A DNA stretch of 34,584 nt, from positions 15,556,803 to 15,591,386 of the forward strand of contig NC_068985.1 in NCBI RefSeq assembly GCF_001194135.2, written 5' to 3'. This DNA is from Octopus bimaculoides (taxonomy: Eukaryota). The notes under the pieces were generated by a model. That model did no database searches, was not told the origin of the DNA, and was given only the letters and a program-made list of their open reading frames with translations. Position numbers and translations under genes: made by a program. Positions 29,979 to 34,584 of the stretch are shown one piece after another (the stretch's first letter is position 1; the number at the start of each line of letters is the position of its first letter).

Positions 29979-30428
29979 TGCACTGGTGCGATTGTGGTAA
30001 GAAGCTTGCTTCCCAACCACATGGTTTCAGGTTCAGTCTTACTGCATGACATTTTGGGCCTGTATCTTCAACTCTAGTCCAAGGTGAGCCAAGGCCTTGT
30101 GCGTAGATTTGGTAGTTGGAAACTGAAAGAAGTCCATTTTGCAGGAGTGGCTGTGTGGTAAGTAGCTTGCTTACCAACCACATGGTTCCGGGTTCAGTCC
30201 CACTGTGTAGCACCTTGGGCAAGTACCTTCTACTATAGCCTCGGGCTGACCAAAACCTTGTGAGTTGGTTTGGTAGACGGAAACTGAAAGAAGCCTGTCG
30301 TATATATGTATANNNNNNNNNNNNNNNNNNNNNNNNNNNNNNNNNNNNNNNNNNNNNNNNNNNNNNNNNNNNNNNNNNNNNNNNNNNNNNNNNNNNNNNN
30401 NNNNNNNNNNNNNNNNNNNNNNNNNNNN

Positions 30429-30462
<34 letters not shown>

Positions 30463-30650
30463 TTGTCCCCCCAACATCGCTTGACAACCGATGCTGGTGT
30501 GCTTACGTCCCCGTAACTTAGCGGTTCAGCAAAAGATCCGATAGAATAAGTACTAGACTTACAAAGAATAAGTCCTGGGGTCGATTTGCTCGACTAAAGG
30601 CGGTGCTCCAGCATGGCCGCAGTCAAATGACTGAAACAAGTAAAAGAGTA
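29979..30650 (+). mobile_element. Two head-to-tail SINE family A copies: truncated 29979-30138, full 30141-30650 with a gap inside its microsatellite
   Basis: Repeated head sequence; tail GACTGAAACAAGTAAAAGAGTA. Confidence 0.85.
30313..30428. other. Assembly gap (116 N) in (TA)n
   Basis: Run of n. Confidence 0.99.
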
Positions 30651-31039
30651 TATATATGTGTGTGTGTGTATTGTCTCTTTGTCTTGACAACATTGCATAG
30701 TAGTTGTATCACCATCATACAAGCAGTGTCCTTTACAATCGTCTGGTCATGGGGAAGTATGGCCTTATTTGGAAATAGGTGAGGATTGGCAACAAGAAGA
30801 GCATCCAACTAAAAAATTTACTTCAACAAATTCTGTCCAACCCATGCAAGTATGGAAAAGTAGGCATTAAAATGGTAATGATGATGGGGAAAGATGCTAA
30901 ATATTTCATTCTTTTTACCTGCATTCTTTAATATTTAGTCCTCTGATTGATCAACAAAATGCAATTTATTAGTACAATTATCAATTTCACAAAACTAATA
31001 CCTCAATGCTCTATTCTACAATGTTTCAAGAAATTTCCT

Positions 31040-31220
31040 CTTTGTGCTGGTGCCATGTAAAAGCACCCAGTATACTGTGAAGTAATTGGTGTTAGGAAGG
31101 GTATCCAGCCATAGAAACCATGCCAAAATGGACAATTGGAAGCTGGACAGCTTCCAAGCTGGTTGGCTCCTGTCAAACTGTCCAGCCCATGCAAGCATGG
31201 GAAATGGACGTTAAATGATA
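31040..31220 (+). mobile_element. Family C retroposon copy
   Basis: GCCATGTAAAAGCACCC..GTTAGGAAGGG..CCCATGCAAGCATGG..GGACGTTAAATGAT. Confidence 0.65.
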
Positions 31221-31560
31221 ACTTCATATTTACCCCTGGAATTTTTGATAAACCCAAAGATACTGTGTCATCTAAACTATATTTATAGATGTTTTTAAAA
31301 ATAATTTTTATCTTCAGATAAAATTCGTCGCCGGAATTTTAACAAAAAGAATCAAAGGTGATTTATTAATACAAAACTCAATATCCACGAAATAATCATA
31401 CTTTTTCACATTTTTTTCGCTAAAAACCTTCCTGGTTACTTCCTTCATAATCTCGAAAAACATTGTGACCATTGGTCCAGCCGTTTGATCGTGAAGAGGG
31501 AACAGACAGACAGGCGGAAAGACGGACGGACTTAACGCCCATTGTAGTAAGACTGTTAAC
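31217..31560 (+). mobile_element. Helentron/DINE-like element fragment; its first ~100 bp also occurs at 517-610
   Basis: TGATAACTTCA..CTGGAA.TTTTG..AAACCCAAAGATAC in both places; 3' ATTGGTCCAGCCGTTT..GAACAGACAGACAG..GACGGACGGAC. Confidence 0.5.
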
Positions 31561-32056
31561 TCTATGGATATAAAAGGCAAGATTGCCTTCCAGCAGAATT
31601 GTAGATCATCGTCTGCACCATCATTTTAACGTCTGCTTTTCCATGCTCGTATGGGTGTAACAGAAATTGTTGAGGCGGATTTTTTTTTACAGATGGACAT
31701 CCTTCCTGTCGCCAGTCCTCACCTATTTATAGATGTTTTTAATATTGCCTCATGACCAGATATGTCTCAGAAGATTGGAAATAAAGGACACCGCTTCCAT
31801 GATGATGATGGCACCTACTTAGAAATATCACGCGAAATAGTGATATTTTGAAATCGTTCAATAGATGCGTTTCAGGTTTGCGTAGTATATAACAGGAAAT
31901 GCATCCATTATGTTTGTGGTTAGAAGAGTTTCTTCTTTCCTTATAATCTTCATAGACTCAGCGCTCTCTCATTCTCCTTTTCTACACGCACGCACACATA
32001 CATAGATGTGTGTGTGTGCGTGTGTATATATATATTTACACAAACACATGTATATA

Positions 32057-32113
<57 letters not shown>

Positions 32114-33110
32114 NNNNNNNNNNNNNNNNNNNNNNNNNNNNNNNNNNNNNNNNNNNNNNNNNNNNNNNNNNNNNNNNNNNNNNNNNNNNNNNNNNNNNNN
32201 NNNNNNNNNNNNNNNNNNNNNNNNNNNNNNNNNNNNNNNNNNNNNNNNNNNNNNNNNNNNNNNNNNNNNNNNNNNNNNNNNNNNNNNNNNNNNNNNNNNN
32301 NNNNNNNNNNNNNNNNNNNNNNNNNNNNNNNNNNNNNNNNNNNNNNNNNNNNNNNNNNNNNNNNNNNNNNNNNNNNNNNNNNNNNNNNNNNNNNNNNNNN
32401 NNNNNNNNNNNNNNNNNNNNNNNNNNNNNNNNNNNNNNNNNNNNNNNNNNNNNNNNNNNNNNNNNNNNNNNNNNNNNNNNNNNNNNNNNNNNNNNNNNNN
32501 NNNNNNNNNNNNNNNNNNNNNNNNNNNNNNNNNNNNNNNNNNNNNNNNNNNNNNNNNNNNNNNNNNNNNNNNNNNNNNNNNNNNNNNNNNNNNNNNNNNN
32601 NNNNNNNNNNNNNNNNNNNNNNNNNNNNNNNNNNNNNNNNNNNNNNNNNNNNNNNNNNNNNNNNNNNNNNNNNNNNNNNNNNNNNNNNNNNNNNNNNNNN
32701 NNNNNNNNNNNNNNNNNNNNNNNNNNNNNNNNNNNNNNNNNNNNNNNNNNNNNNNNNNNNNNNNNNNNNNNNNNNNNNNNNNNNNNNNNNNNNNNNNNNN
32801 NNNNNNNNNNNNNNNNNNNNNNNNNNNNNNNNNNNNNNNNNNNNNNNNNNNNNNNNNNNNNNNNNNNNNNNNNNNNNNNNNNNNNNNNNNNNNNNNNNNN
32901 NNNNNNNNNNNNNNNNNNNNNNNNNNNNNNNNNNNNNNNNNNNNNNNNNNNNNNNNNNNNNNNNNNNNNNNNNNNNNNNNNNNNNNNNNNNNNNNNNNNN
33001 NNNNNNNNNNNNNNNNNNNNNNNNNNNNNNNNNNNNNNNNNNNNNNNNNNNNNNNNNNNNNNNNNNNNNNNNNNNNNNNNNNNNNNNNNNNNNNNNNNNN
33101 NNNNNNNNNN
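32114..33110. other. Assembly gap (997 N) preceded by (TA)n
   Basis: Run of n. Confidence 0.99.
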
Positions 33111-33592
33111 GCGAGAGTTGTGTCTCTACATCGGTGGGTAACACCTGAGAGCCCTGGTTTGGCAGTGGGAAGCACCAGGACATCTTTAGAACTGCTTCAG
33201 TGCCTGATAAGACATCGATTCCTGCATTCAAAAACGGACTGCTGCAGCACCTACAGCGCACAAGTGTTTAGCCTAAAAACAGAAGCTGCTCTGTCATTTA
33301 TCACTATTTCCAGTATTCCTAAGGTGCTGAAATAATAATAACTTTTCGCAATTATTCTTTTGTCTGCTAACATAACAACTTACTTCTTATTCTCTATCAT
33401 AGGATTGCTTCATATGTTGAAATTACAGACACTCCTAGTAACTCAATAATACTAAAATGTAAGTTTTGTGTTGATGAGTTACAATTTCGATACGACTCCC
33501 AATGGTCAGTCAGTTACAATCCACGTAATATTAACATATCCTCTCTTCACAATGGTCTACAGGGAATTGAGAGGAAAAAATGATGATGCGTG

Positions 33593-33622
33593 AAATATCA
33601 TTAAATATCATTAAATATCATT
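33593..33622. repeat. (AAATATCATT)3 minisatellite
   Basis: Direct reading. Confidence 0.9.
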
Positions 33623-34584
33623 ATTGTTGTAACGTCACTTAAATAGATTAAATTAATATCGGATTGTAAAAATAGTAGAATATCTCAGTCCATTCTTTGT
33701 TGTTTTGATATAATGAAGACAAGACCAAAGTAGAGATTAGGGAATAATTAAAAGTTAAGCGAATCTTTCAAGTGCACACCCGCACACATTGCTAAAAAGT
33801 GAAGTTTATTTGTAGAACACTTATTCGTGTATCCTACAGTTGTTGGCACTCCGTGTGTATGTATGTATGTATGCATGCATGTATGTGTGTAGGTATAATA
33901 TAATATATGCCTATAACATGCATATATACGTACATACACAGATACACTCACACATATACGGAAAGGATCGATGGGCCACGCTTTCGCGGTCCGTATTCGT
34001 ACTGAAAATCGAGATCGAGCGAGCTTTTACCCAACGTTCATGATCATAGATGATGATAGACACGAAAACCGAATTGAGCACATTACAGTATCGTCACCTG
34101 CAACCTTAGACCCCAGTTCAGTCTCCTACTTGTCATCGTTCACGAATACAGCCTCAAGACACTAAAACTCCTCCACTTGTTACAGCAATGTTCTACTAAC
34201 ACGATATTGATATCAGTTTTGTTTTAGTTGTGGTGTATTTAGCAATTTTATCAAAAGCGTAATCTGCTGGGCTGTTAAAACTGTTATTGGCTGTACCCTT
34301 TCGGTAGTTAATATTTTTTAGATGAATTTCCATATTTCTTCTCAATGAATGTAGCTTATTGGTTTATTACTGCTATAGTTTATCACTAAAGTGTGAGTAA
34401 GCGGGATATTTTACATCTCAGTAACCCTTCATCTCTTTTATGTCGCCGATCGAGGGATCATAGCGTTTTTATAGAAATGGTACGTCTTGATTCAGTTCAA
34501 AATTCCATCGGGATTGCGACCACAGACCATGTATTGAATTGTCAGATAAATTAGTTTGCCTTCTCTCTCTCTCTCTCTCTCTCT

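Noticed and set aside
31969-33335. 377-441 aa ORFs in the track
   Set aside because: Artefacts of the 997-N gap and the (TA)n run.

Overview
Eukaryotic, AT-rich genomic DNA dense in microsatellites and SINEs. The repeat landscape looks cephalopod (Octopus-like; inference). Two genes are arranged head-to-head. On the minus strand is a complete 8-exon aspartylglucosaminidase (AGA, 350 aa, 18071->1506). On the plus strand is a 4-coding-exon MKKS/BBS6 chaperonin-like gene (583 aa, 24160->29537). The most interesting signal lies between them: two plus-strand exons (20408-20617, 22398-22577) missed by the >=60-aa ORF track. Each carries a complete short ORF (59 and 54 aa) encoding a predicted single-pass membrane microprotein. 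They resemble, in sequence and order, the mitochondrial uORF peptides uMKKS1 and uMKKS2 of the human MKKS leader (human sequences recalled from memory). This suggests a tricistronic uORF1-uORF2-MKKS transcript conserved across bilaterians. Introns contain tRNA-derived SINEs, (GAT)n-tailed retroposons, Helitron-like, mariner, piggyBac and hAT MITEs, an RTE RT relic, and a 1.6-kb ORF1-only LINE derivative flanked by a perfect 16-bp TSD. There are three assembly gaps. Transcription starts could not be determined. All exon coordinates were derived by hand from GT-AG sites and reading phase.
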